Shown here: piece by piece, positions 26,579 to 39,240 of the stretch
Position numbering within the stretch: position 1 is the first letter of the stretch
Layout of the letters: each line of letters opens with the position of its first letter
NCBI GenBank assembly: GCA_030390025.1
Contig: CM059427.1
Coordinates: 51,212,001 to 51,276,000 of the forward strand
Length of the DNA: 64,000 nt
DNA from: Squalus acanthias
Taxonomy: Eukaryota
Direction of reading: 5' to 3'
Made by a program: the position numbers and the translations under genes
The notes under the pieces: generated by a model
The model's input: only the letters and a program-made list of their open reading frames with translations
Databases searched by the model: none
Told to the model about the DNA's origin: nothing

Positions 26579-26779
26579 TTACACTGAAGGCTGTTCTGAA
26601 AGTGTTTAAGCTGTTACTGCTATGAATTCATACATTTCAGGGTGCAATTCAGAATATTGGTGACAACACTTTAACAGCTGAACATGACATTTATCCTGTC
26701 TGAAGCAACAAACATGACTTTATGACAGTTGTACATGCACAATCTAGTGTATGCAGAGCTGCTCCAAGATTAAAAGACC

Positions 26780-27905
26780 TGGATTTGACCGAGTGTGGCA
26801 TCAAGGAGCCTTAGTAAAATTGAAGTCAATGGGAATCGGGGTGTGGGGGGGGAGGGGGAAACACGGCACTGTGTCATACCTAGGACAAAGGAAAATGGTT
26901 GTGGTTATTGGAGGCCAATCATCTCAGTCCCAGGACATTGCTGCAGGAGTTTCCCAGAGCAGTCTCCTAGGCCCAACCATCTTCAACTGTTTCATCAATG
27001 ACCTTCCCTCCATCATAAGGTCAGAAGTGGGGATGTTCGCTGATGGTTGCACAGTGTTCAGTTCCATTTGCAACTCCTCAGATAATGAAGCAGTCCGTTC
27101 CTGCATTCAGCATGGCCTGGACGACATTCAGGCTTGGGCTGATAAGTGGCAAGTAACAATCACGCCACACAAGTGCCAGGCTATCTCCAACAAGCAAGAA
27201 TCTAACCACCGCCCCTTGACATTCAATGGCATTACCATTGCCGAATCCCCGACCATCAACATCCTGGGGGTCACCATTGACCAAAAACTTAACTAGACCA
27301 GCCACATAAATGCTGTGGCTACAAGAACAGGTCAGAGGCTGGGTATTCTGTGGTGAGTGACTCACCTCCTGACTCCCTAAAGCCTTTCCACCATCTACAA
27401 GGTACAAGTAAGGAGTGTGATGGAATACTCTCCACTTACCTGGATGAGTGCAGCGCCAAGTTAGCTCGAAACCATCGAGGACAAAGCAGCCCGCTTGATT
27501 GGCACCCCATCCACCACCTTAAACATTCACTCCCTCCACCACCGGCGTACCGTGGCTGCAGTGTGTACCATCTACAAGATGCACTGCAGCAACTCGCCAA
27601 GGCTTCTTCGGCAGCGCCTCCCAAACCTGTGACCTCTCCCACCTAGAAGAACAAGGGCAGCAGGCGCATGGGAACACCACCACCTCCAAGTTCCCCTCCA
27701 AGTCACACACCATCATGACTTGGAAGTATATCGCCGTTCCTTCATCGTCGCTGGGTCAAAATCCTGGAACTCCCTCCCTAACAGCACTGTGGGAGTACCT
27801 TCACCACATGGACTGCAGCGGCTCACCACCACCTTCTCAAGGGCAATTAACATTGTGCAATAAATGCTGGGCTTGCCAGCGACGCCCACATTCCATGAAC
27901 GAGAA
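26780..27905 (+). mobile_element. CR1-clade LINE 3' fragment (second family)
   Basis: FDRVWHQG...LGPTIFNCFINDL...FADG. The 3' end AATAAATGCTGG... is shared with 50485-52170. Confidence 0.88.
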
Positions 27906-28244
27906 AAAAATAACTTCTCTTCTAAACCATCCCAACTCAGGCGGTATAGTGCTGGAGACAGCGGGAAAATCAGATGGTGAGTTCAATTGCCCGTTCTCGC
28001 CTGCCCTCTATTTTCCTCCCCCACCCTTGCTAGGAAGGTTGCAAGCCACTCCTTCACTTCCCCCATATGTAAATGGCAACAAGGAGGTGTATTCAGGAGC
28101 TCACTCAATTCCCTCCTTCTGCTGCTGATCCCGCCCACCTCAGGGACTGCCAGCGATTTACTAATCCAAGGTCTGAAACAAAATCAACGTTCTCTTCCTC
28201 GGGGCTCTGCCGCCCCCTTTAAATGGTTTCATCCTTTTCCTTAG

Positions 28245-28345
28245 AGGCGATACTGCTACTACTCTTGCCTCCGAGTCAGAAGATTGTGGGTTGCAGTCCC
28301 ACTGCAGAAACTTGAACGCATAAACCAGGCTGACACTTCAGTACT
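28245..28345 (+). mobile_element. Deu-SINE head fragment
   Basis: CTTGCCTCCGAGTCAGAAGATTGTGGGTTGCAGTCCCACT...AGGCTGACACT matches 5170-5250. Confidence 0.6.
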
Positions 28346-28745
28346 GTCTATAGAGAAAAAATGTGAGCAAATCTGAGTTCAGCTGCAGGTTTCTGAGATT
28401 CGGGCTTTCAGGCTGTTGGTCTCCATCAGCCCTGAGCATCAAAATACCCTGGGGGTTTCCTGAAAAGTAATTTTAAACTTATCTATTTTGTCCTTGACTT
28501 ACTGCCACCTCCCCCCACTGATCCTCTGAGCAGTAGGAGATTGGGGCAGGTCGTAGCACCAGGTATTAATGTGATGCTGATCGGGGGATTTACAGCTAAA
28601 TGACACAGGAGACCGGAAATACCCTGCCTACCTATGATAGTAGGTTTATTGGGCCTGAGCCTGCTACAGGTGCAGGCCCAGTATCATCTTGCGAGAAGCA
28701 CTGGGAAAGTCTAGGGCAGCACATGGGGTGCAGACCTGATTCAAT

Positions 28746-29475
28746 GGGCCGGATATTCCGATCCCTACGGGTGGGTACGCGCTGTGTACCCACCCGTAGG
28801 GACATTGGAAATGCCGGTTTCAGGCATGCACAGCGCATGCGCTGGAAACTGGCATTTCCAATCTGTCAAGAATGCTCTTGACAGATCCTCCGAGCTGCCC
28901 AGGAGAAGGGCCTCTGCGGGCGGATAGTTCTGCTTTTTGGAGACCCTCCGCCCGCAGAAAACACTTACAATTCTTGCGCCTGGTAAAAGCAGGCGTAAGG
29001 CCTGCTTTTACCAGGATAAGAGTTGAAAAAAGTTTTTTTTTTAAATTTCCACTGATTTATCATTTAAAAATACTTTAAAGAAAGGTAAGTTTATTTTTAG
29101 CCCCGTTAAAAACTTTAATTATTTTTTTTTCAAAAATTTAAATTTTTGTTTAAAATAGTTAATTTATGTAATTTCAAGTCATTTTAAAAATGTGATGTTT
29201 TAAAAAAAAATTATTTGAAGTTTTACTATGTTTTGGGGGTGATCTCCATTCATATAATTGACAGGTCTTCCTGTCAAATGTATGAAAGGAGATTCCCTTC
29301 TCTGATTGGCTCCCCATGGCCCACGTGATCCCAGGGACGCTGCGAACTACCTGCGCCCCTGGGATACGTGGGCCCTGCACACCGGCAGTTTGAAGAGGCC
29401 CAGCAGCGGAACTGTGCGCCTCCCGGGAGCCCTCAGGTAAGGGCGCAGATTTTTCCAGATCGGAATATCTGGGCC
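28746..29475 (-). mobile_element. Harbinger-type MITE (family D, copy 2)
   Basis: TIRs GGGCCGGATATTCCGATC / GATCGGAATATCTGGGCC, inverted copy of 6589-7344. Confidence 0.88.
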
Positions 29476-31423
29476 ATTGACTCTCTGCTCTGCACCTGGA
29501 GAACACTGATTTCTACATGTATAAGGCAGAGGAAAATCTCCTCGGTACTCGGAGCCTCTGTTCAAATTGAGAATGCATGCAAAAACATTGTAAAATGTGT
29601 TTAATAGCTTACTAAATAAATTTGAGGACATTGTCAGTCAAGATAAAGTAAAATTCTGACAAAGTGATAATCAATAAAAAATAAAAACCACCTACCTTGC
29701 AGGAGTTATTTCTGTTCTCATGCTATTTTCGCTCCTGTGGAAGCTTGCAATTCCATGTCTGTCCTAACTGTGGGGAGCTGATGCCTTGCTGTGGAGGAGT
29801 TTGATGTTTATATACATTTTTGTGTTTGTACCATCACAATCGTGATCAACTATAATAAATGATCCTACCCCCAACAAAAACAAAATTGTTTTTATTTTCT
29901 AATTGGGTAGTTTGCGAGTTAGAGGAGCGACATCCATTGCTCAATAATGGTGTTGCTATGACGGGGTGGCTGGGATCATTGATTCATGGTGACTTACTTT
30001 CTGAGTATGTGTTGTGATTTTTTTTGAGTGGTTCTACTTCTCGCACGGATGGGGGTTGAGAATTGGATTTGTTTCCCCTAGGAGTGTTTGCAGACGATTC
30101 AGCTTTGTGTTGTTGATGTCTATGTAAAAACCATGGTTATGCAGCAGTGACTTTATCTGAATTCTGCTAGTCAAAGTATCACACTGCATTTGTATTCCCT
30201 AGCAGCATAGTAAAGGGATGCATCTGTCTTCTGAAGGAGCACACACTAGTCTATCAGATTTGAATCACTAGTCTATCAGATTGGAATTAGATCTTCATCT
30301 GCAGTTTCATGAATATCTGAATCTCACAGACCTCAAAGCCAAAACTTGGGAGGCATTTGGAAGACGGTCACATTCCTATGACCCTTTTTCTTCCCCTATT
30401 ATTTTCTTTTTATTAAGTCTTTTTAATCTAATAGTCAAACATTAATATAACAATTGTCTTTTGGATTAGATAATAAATTGTCCTGAGGCTGTGAAAGAAA
30501 CTATAAAAATGCAAATTCAATCTTTCTTTATTCATACTTTGTAAACTGAAAATTACAATCGTGTGTTAATATAATGCAGAATAATTCATAATTAAGGCCA
30601 GCATAAAAAACATTCTACCGCTTGTGGATACATAGGAAAATGTTGCTTAAAATTTGCTGTGCAGGGGAACAACAGCCCCTTAATTCACTACCTATGTTGG
30701 TCAGCCCCTTCTCAGTTGCTGCAAGAACTCTAACTTAGCAGCAATGGACTACACATAGCCTGGAAAGTGGAGTTTTTCATCAATATTAAATGTCAATATC
30801 AATAGCTAGCTATGAAACAGCCAATATTTGTTATTTAGCAAAATATCAATGCAGTTGTAATTCTTCCATCTGTTTTTAGGCTGTGCTTAGTTTTTGAAAG
30901 TGCCTTGGAAATTTGCGCATGAAGTGTTAAATACTACAAAGCAACACACACCTATATTTTTAAATTACATTCATTTTGACATACAGGGGGATTAGGAAAG
31001 CCTATGATGGAGCTATTGGCTGTGACATCCATTTACAATAGGTACATCAGCTGATGCTCTACCGGTATATCATTTTGGACTATTTTCTAAGGAATGGTGC
31101 ACTGGAGACCTAACCAACTATACCACAGAGTAATATAATGTCAGACACATGTTTATGGTTCTTCAACAGACTTTCCAATGTTGTTGCTATGCAGGCAGCA
31201 GAAATGCCCAGCACAGGCCAGGCAGCCATGTAATTGGTGACAAGTCATTGTCACCAATGACTGCTTTTTGCAATTGGATCAAGGGACTTGGACGTCTGAG
31301 GGAGATTTCCATGCTGTTGCAGGGGTAACAGTTGCTGCATTATGTTTGGACTAAAATAGATTTGGTTAAAGAAGGTTTGGTTGCCAGTTTTAAAAAAAAT
31401 CTTAATTTAGACATAGAGTCGTA

Positions 31424-32267
31424 GGGCAGAATTTTCATTGACCCGTGGAGGCGGGTTTGGAGGCGTGTGGGGGGTTAAAATTGCAGATTCGGGGGCCCCG
31501 AACCCATCCTGCCCCCAACCCGCCTCCATGCCAGTTTCGCTGGAGGCGGGTACCCGAACTGTGCTGGGACCCGCCTCCCCGAGGCGGGAAGTGGATTAGT
31601 GACAATTAACTGCCTGTTAACAGGTAGTTAACAGGCAGTTTTTTGCCTAATCCCTATTTTTAGCCCTGAAGTGTGGGCTTCCCGACAGGTCCGAACCACG
31701 CCGTTTTAGCGAGGTGGACCGTGGGTCTGCAGGGGTTGGAGGGGTCGATATGTCCGGTGGGCAGGTGAGTGATGGGTGCATGTGTGCAGAGGTAAGTGTG
31801 TAAGGTAAGTGTAAAGTGTGGAAAAAAGTTTTACTTACCTTAACTTCCTCCTGCAGGTGTCAGCCCTTCAGGTCTCGGGAGTCAGAAATCTCACCGGCAC
31901 AGAAAGCAGAATGGCCGTTGAGCTGTCAAAAGCTGCAGCCTCTGCTTTTTGTTCTGCAGAGATCTCTAAATCAGCCTGAGAGGAAGGAATTAACTTAGAG
32001 GACAGATTGTCAGTGTTTGACAGCTTCAAGGAGCTGTCAAATGCTGATATTTCATCTGTCAAAAGCTCTTGACAGATGAAATGTCAATCTGTGACGTCAC
32101 CTGTTGCCGGGTGGCCCTTAATTATCCTGCTGAGCCCATTGGGTGGGCTTAACAAGGTCAATCAAGGGAAAATACACTGGGTTGGCCACAAGTCGATGGA
32201 GGCGGGACTACAACCCAAAAAGTGGGAGTCCCGCCTCCATCAAGTCCCCATTGACAAAATCCAGCCC
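31424..32267 (-). mobile_element. Harbinger-type MITE (family A, copy 2)
   Basis: TIRs GGGCAGAATTTT / AAAATCCAGCCC, reverse complement of 34225-35067, sits in the CR1 3' tail. Confidence 0.92.
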
Positions 32268-32719
32268 AGAGAGTTATACAGCACAGAAAGAGGCCCTTCG
32301 GCCCATCGTGTCCGCGCCGGCCATCAAGCCCTGTCTATTCTAATCCCATTTTACAGCACTTGGTCCGTAGCCTTGTATGCTATGGCGTTTCAAGTGCTCA
32401 TCTAAATGCTTCTTGAATGTTGTGAGGGTTCCTGCCTCTACCACCCTTTCAGGCAGTGAGTTACAGATTCCAACCACCCTCTGGGTGAATTTTCTTTTCC
32501 TCAAATCCCCTCTAAACCTCCTGCCCCTTACCTTGAATCTATGCCCCCTGGTTACTGACCCCTCTACTAAGGGGAAAAGTTCCTTTCTATCTACACTATG
32601 CCCCTCATAAATTTGTACACCTCAATCAGGTCCCCCCTCAGCCTTCTCTGGTCTAAGGAAAACAACCCCAGTCTCTCCAGTCTCTCTTCATAGCTGAAGC
32701 ACTCCAGCCCAGGTAACAA

Positions 32720-33180
32720 CCACGGTGGCATAGTGGTTAGCACTGGTGCCTCACAGCGCCAGGGACCCGGGTTTGAATCTGGCCTCGGGTGACTGTCTGT
32801 GTGGAGTTTGCACATTCTCCCCATGTCTGCGTGGGTTTCCTCCGGGTGCTCCGGTTTCCTCCCACAGTCCAAAAATGTGCGGGTTAGGTTGATTTGGCTA
32901 TGGTAAATTGACCCTTAGTGTTAGGGGGGGATTAAATATGTGGGGTTACGGGGATAGGATGGGATATGTTAGGGGGAATTAAATACATGGGGTTACGGGG
33001 ATAGGGTGGGATATGTGTCGGTGCAGGCTCGATGGGCCGAGATGGCCTCTATCTGTACTGTGGGGATTCTGTGTGAGAAAGCAGGGACAGGGTACTGGAT
33101 TTGGATGATCAGCCATGATCGTATTGAATGGTGGAGCAGGCTTGACGGGCCGAATGGCCTACTCCTGTTCTATGTTTCTA
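32720..33180 (+). mobile_element. HE1-like V-SINE with two tandem LINE-derived tails
   Basis: tRNA head (TGGCATAGTGG, GGTTTGAATC), V-domain (TGTGGAGTTTGCACATTCTCCCC...GGTTTCCTCCCAC), tail 1 ~33015-33070, tail 2 ~33075-33180. Confidence 0.9.
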
Positions 33181-33615
33181 CCCTCTCGAATGCAATCACA
33201 TCCCTCCTATAGTGTGGCGACCAGAACTGCACACAGTATTCCAGCTGTGGCCTAACTAGCATTTTGTACAGCTCCATCATAACCTCCCTGCTCTTATATT
33301 CTATGCCTCGGCTAATGAAGGCAAGTATCCCATATGCCTTTTTAACCACTTTATCTACCTGTCCTGCTGCCTTCAGGGATCTACGTACATGCACACCAAG
33401 GTCCCTCTGATCCTCTGTCCTTCCTAGGGTCCTACCATTCATTGTGTATTCCCTTGCCTTGTTAGTCCTCCCAAAATGCATCACCTCACACTTTTCAAGG
33501 TTAAATTCCATTTGCCACTGTTCTGCCCATCTAACCAACCCGTCTATATCGTCCTGTAGCCTGAGGCTTCCCTCCTCGCTATTTACCACTCCACCAATTT
33601 TCGTGTCATCTGCGA

Positions 33616-33729
33616 ACAACACCAGGTTATAGTCCAACAGCTTTATTTGACGAAGGTGCAGCGCTCCGAAAGCTTGTGATTTCAAATAAAGCTGTTGGAC
33701 TATAACCTGGTGTGCGACTTCTCACATTT
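33616..33729. mobile_element. Penelope-like fold-back terminal repeat with hammerhead remnant (family 1)
   Basis: Inverted arms ACACCAGGTTATAGTCCAACAGCTTTATTTGA around TGACGA-AGGTGCAGCGCTCC-GAAA-GCTT-GTGA. Confidence 0.8.
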
Positions 33730-34224
33730 CTCCAAGTGGAGACTAATTCTGTCCCTCAGAATTTTTTCCAATAATTTCCCTACCACTGATGTTAGGCTCA
33801 CTGGCCTGTAATTCCCTGGTTTATCTCTACTACCCTTCTTGAATAATGGTACTACGTTAGCTGTTCTCCAGTCCTCTGGCACCTCCCCTGTGGCCAGAGA
33901 GGTTCTGAAAATTTCCTACCTTGCCTCACACAGCAGCCTGGGATACATCTCGTCAGGGCCTCAGGATTTATCCACTTTTAAGCCTGCTAAAACCGCTAGT
34001 ACCTCCTCCCTCTCAATACTAATTTGTTCAAGTAGATCACAATCCCCCTGCCTGATTTCTATGCCTACATCGTCCTTCTCCATAGTGAACACAGATGCAA
34101 AATATTCATTTAAAACCTCACCTACATCTTCTGGCTCTACACACAGATTGCCACTTTGGTCCCTAATGGGCCCTACTCTTTCCCTGGTTATCCTCTTGCC
34201 CTTAATATACTTATAAAACACCTT

Positions 34225-35067
34225 GGGCTGGATTTTGATACTGGGGACGTGATGGAGGCGGGACTCCCACTTTTTGGGTTGTAGTCCCGCCTCCATTGAC
34301 TTGTGGCCAACCCACTGTATTTTCCCTTGATTGACCTTGTTGAGCCCGCCCAGTGGGCTCAGCAGGCCAATTAAGGGCCACCCGGCAACAGGTGACGTCA
34401 CAGATTGACATTTCATCTGTCAAGAGCTTTTGACAGATGAAATATCAGCATTTGACAGCTCTGTGAAGCTGTCAAACACTGACAATTTGTCTTCTAACTT
34501 GAGTCCTTCCTCTCAGGCTGAGTTAGAAATCATTCCAGCACAGAAAACAGAGGCTGAAACTTTTGACAGCACCACGGCCATTGTGCTTTCTGTGCCGGTG
34601 AGATTTCTGACACCCGAGACCTGAAGGGCTGACACCTGCAGGAGGAAGTTAAGGTAAGTAAAACTTTTTCCCACACTTTGCACTTACATTACACACTTAC
34701 CTCTGCTCACATGCACTCATCACTCACCTGCCCACCGGACATATCGACCCCTCCAACCCCTGCAGACCCACGGTCCGCCTCACTAACTTGGCATGGTGGG
34801 ACCTGTCGGGAAGCCCACATTTCAGCTTTTAAAATAGGGATTAGGCAAAAAACTGCCTGTTAACTACCTGTTAACAGGCAGTTAATTGTCACTAATCCCC
34901 TTCCCGCCTCGGGGAGGCGGGTCCCAGCACAGGTCGGGTACCCGCCTCCAGCGAAACTGGCATGGAGGCGGGTTGGGGGCGGGATGGGTTCGGGACCCCC
35001 GAATCTGCAACTTTAACCCCCCACCCGCCTCCAAACCCGCCTCCATGGGTCAATGAAAATCCAGCCC
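34225..35067 (+). mobile_element. Harbinger-type MITE (family A, copy 3)
   Basis: Perfect 12-bp TIR GGGCTGGATTTT, TSD CTT. Removal restores the CR1 codons KENPKVFY. Confidence 0.95.
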
Positions 35068-38000
35068 CTTGGGATTTTCCTTTATTTTGCCCGCCAGTGT
35101 TTTTTCATGCCCCCTCTTCGCTCTCCTAATTTCTTTTTTAAGTACCCCCCTGCACTTTCTATACTCCTCTATGGTTTCCACTGTTTTTAGTGATCATAGC
35201 TAGATAAACACCTTATAAAAATTCAATGAACAGGATATTAGCAGTGGGATCCCTTCATCCTAATGTACAGCTGCATCGTTCTTAAAATCTGTTCAGAAGC
35301 ATTCTATGTGATATTTCGAAAGTATTGAGAATATTAATTATGTTTGAAAAATTATGTTGTGTATTAACTACCGTAACATGAATCAATAACTTTGCTCAAA
35401 ATAATTGGAAAGAATATCATTTGAAATGAATGTGTATTGCAGACAATAAGTTACACTCATTTGCTTAATGTACAGGTTTTCAGGTTTACTTCCCCACGCC
35501 CGCCCCCACCCCCCTGAGATGTTTAACTGTAGAAGTAATTTTGGTGCGTGTGCATATTTGTAAATGATATTAAATACTACACTTGTAGTTTTTGGGAGAT
35601 AGCAGCAGCCATCTTGCATTTGCCAGCTATCTGATTCCCAGCAACCAAGAAGGTGGAGGGGGAGAAGCTTTTGACTGTGAGATTAATTTACTTCAGTCTC
35701 GCATTCTATTCCAGCCCCCAAATTTTCTCACTATCTTTTCCCTCTCCTTTCGATTCTGTCTCCTGGTACCATCTCTTTCTGTCATTCCATTAAAGTACAT
35801 TATTAATTGCTTATTTTTATCTTAACAACCGGTACAAATCAGATATAAATGTTTTCAGATTAATCCTGGAGCACGGCCAGATTTGAAGATCCTGCACTTT
35901 GAGGGGCAGTTCAGAGAATGATTCGGAAGTGGAAGCCACTTTTTAGATTGAGGTCTTTTTCTTTAAGACATTTAAACCTATAACAAAAGTATTTTTGGTG
36001 TTTCAGAAGCCAGAGGCTGAACTTAAAAAAAAAATATTGGTGACTGAGCACACAGTTGGAATTGCTCATGTCCTCGGCTGCATATATACTGCAACATAGA
36101 GTGGTGTCACTTTGCATCACCAGTAAAGTTGGAGTGTAAATGCAGCCTGAGAGTAGGCTCAGTGTATTGATGTGCCTTGTATTGAAGCACAGCTCAACAG
36201 AGCAAAAGCAGGGGAAAAAAATCAGAGAACAAGCCAACTCGTTCAATCTGGTGCACTGCTTAATGGCTGTTTGCAAATTTGCAAGTCTTATCTTGCAGTG
36301 TAGCATGGACAGAGGCCTGAAACAGATTATTGGTCAGCCCTTTTGGGCAGGAGATTCTAAAAATGGCCAACATCTACAAAGATAGTGCGAGGAAAGAGAA
36401 AACATGCTTGGGTGGGAAAGCAAACTCTGGTGCTTTATGACATCAGCTTAGTTTAGCCTGAAAGTTCCAAGTAGCAGTCTTGTGATTGCATTAAGAATTT
36501 CCTTAGCCTGAGGGAGTGATGTTAGTTGAAGAAATAGTTTGAGGCTGATGAGTTGAAATAATGGGGTTGATTTTCGATTATGGCGTAAATCGGGTGGATG
36601 GTAGGTGCAGCATCCACGACAACTACCTGATCTATTTTCGTGGGCTGGCCTCATTTTAGTATTAATGCCAACATTAATCTCGCTCCCTATGGGCAGCTCG
36701 TCCATTGGGAGGATGGGAAATCTGACAGGATTGCCATTATTTAAAGGCAGCCCCACCTCTTAAAGGGGAGGGGCACTTTTCATATTGGTGGGGAACCCTC
36801 CTGAAAATGCACCATCATTTGCTCTCACACTTTAAAGCACCACCACAGAATTTGGCATGCTGTGTAATTTAGTTAGTGAGTTAGAGGGGTCTGCAATGGA
36901 ATTGCCAAACACAGGTGAACAAGCACGGAAAGAATGGCCCAGGTAATAGCTTACTGGAGGGAAAGCTCATGCCCTAGCTCTGCTGAAGAGGACAGAATTG
37001 CAGACTTCAAGAACACAGCCTTTAAAATAAGGATAATTTCTGTCCATCACCAATTGCTGAATGCATTGGACTGTCTGGCAGGGAGCTTCCTCAGCATGTT
37101 GAAGATATGTGGGGTTTTGGTGCATAGCAATGTAACTCTGCAATCATTCCATGGAGTGTGGGATGTGCTCAGTGGACACTGCAGCTGGGCTTTCCATGCA
37201 AGAGTCTCTGGCAGCAGTGATAGCATCTCGCAGGGATGCTCACATTGGGGATATGCAGGCTCAGGCTCCACCATCTCCTCCGTCTTGGAAAGGCTGGAAG
37301 GCCAAATGGAGAGGGGCTTCAGTTGGATCATTGATCTCCTACATTTCTGCTCTCCCGCAGATCAATGGGAGGGCTGAGATGCAGATCCATTATGTAGCAG
37401 TGGTGTAATGGGAATGGCGCATATCACCCTCTCACGTGATGATAACATGCCTGCTCCCCAGCCGCATTGCCACCCCTCTACCAATGCCTACCCTGGTGCC
37501 TGGAACCCAGCTGGGCCAGACTGCCCTTCATTCACAGAGATGCTGCAGTTTGCAGCTAGGCCCAAGCTCCTAGAGGGTGCCCATTACAACCATCTCAAGA
37601 GCCCTTGACTGAGTCAATGCAGCCTTCCACCTCCCATGATGCAGCCACTGGGGAAGCACCAGAATAACTAATAAGACAGGTTCTAAGGCTTTCCACAAAA
37701 TGATAATTAGTATTGAGAATTGTTAGGGGACTATGGAAATTATAATGCTTTTTGAAGTCTTTGTGTGTGGAGAGTGTTTTGGAAATAGCTGGTGACCCTG
37801 CAATCTTAGTTGACATGGGAACAGTTCATTTGAGGGTTGAAGGATGGGGAGAGATGTTGGACATGACTGTTGATGCAGGGGAACCGCTTTTCAATGAGCT
37901 GTTACTGAAGAGCTGTGTTGGATACCTCCCGCTTACTCAACCATCCTCTCTGTAATCAGTGTCATTTTCCTTATGCTGAAGGTCCTTGTCCAATGGTGCC

Positions 38001-38986
38001 TCCATGTGTTGTCCCCGTTGCAGAACGAAGTTATGCAGCACATAGTAAACCATTATCATATGGACACTCTTTATGGGCTGTATTGCAGGAAGCCCCCAGA
38101 CCTCTCCAGGCAGTGGAATCACTGCTCGATGAGGGTTCTAGTTGAGCCACGGATCTGATTGTGATCTAGTTTGGCCAGAGAGCGTGGGTTCCTGAGAGGA
38201 GTCATGAACCAAGTTTGCAGAGGCCAGCCTTTGATCCCAACCAACCAGCTTCTCATTTGCTGTGCAGGGGTAAAGAGTGGCAGTATGAAGGATCGATATA
38301 AGATCAAAGCATCATGTCAGCGGCCAGGAAAGTGGGCAAAGACCTGCATGATGCACTTTTGGTGATCACACACCTGTTTCACATTAATGTAGTGGAAGCC
38401 CTTGCGATTCACAGGATTACATAGGATATACAACACAGAAACAGGCCATTCAGCCCAACCAGTTCATGCCGGCGTTTATGCTCCACACGAGGCTCCTCCC
38501 GTCTTTCCTCATTTAAATCTATCAGCATAACCCTCTATTCCCTTTTCCCTCATATGCTTGTCCAGCCTCCCCTTAAATACATCTATACTATTCGCTTCAA
38601 CCACTCCCTGTGGTAGCGAGTTCCACATTCTCACCACTCTTTGGGTAAAGAAGTTTCTTCTGAGTTCCCTATTGGATTTCTTGGTGACTATCTTATATTG
38701 ATGGCCTCTAGTTATGCTCTTCCCCACAAGTGGAAACATTCTCTGTATCCACTCTATCAAAACCTTTCATGATTTTAAAGACCTCTATTAGGTCACCCCC
38801 TCAGCCTTCTCTTTTCAAGAGAAAAGAGAACCAGTTTATTCATCCTTTCCTGATAGGTGTACCCTTGCATTTCTGGTATCATCCTTGTAAATCTTTTCTA
38901 CACCCTCTCCAGTGCCTCCATGTCCTTTTTATAATATGGCGACCAGAACTGTATGCAGTACTCTAAGTGTGGTCTAACCAAGGTTC

Positions 38987-39240
38987 CCATGATGTGGAGA
39001 TGCCGGTGTTGGACTGGGGTGGACAAATGTGAGAAATTGCACAACACCAGGTTATAGTCCAACAGCTTTATTTTAAATCACGAGCTTTTGGAGTGCTGCT
39101 CCTTCGTCAGGTGAAGTGAAGAGATGCTGTGCCTATATGCATCTCTTCACTTCACCTGATAAAAGAGCAGCGCTCCGAAAGCTTGTGATTTCAAATAAAG
39201 CTGTTGGACTATAACCTGGTGTTGTGCGACTTCTCACATT
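38987..39240 (-). mobile_element. Penelope-like insertion: terminal repeat plus inverted copy, each with a hammerhead motif (family 1)
   Basis: ~103-bp inverted arms 39025-39127 / 39139-39241, a 38-nt extension on one arm only, 12-bp TSD TAACCAAGGTTC. Confidence 0.88.

Larger units (their letters stand above)
31412..35185 (-). mobile_element. 5'-truncated CR1 LINE hosting two MITEs, a V-SINE and a Penelope fold-back
   Basis: Pieces rejoin as KENPKVFYKY...PEDWRTANV...LHLEK / FADDTK...RPQLEYCVQFW...[10 protein letters not shown], with a CATAGAGT tail. Confidence 0.9.
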
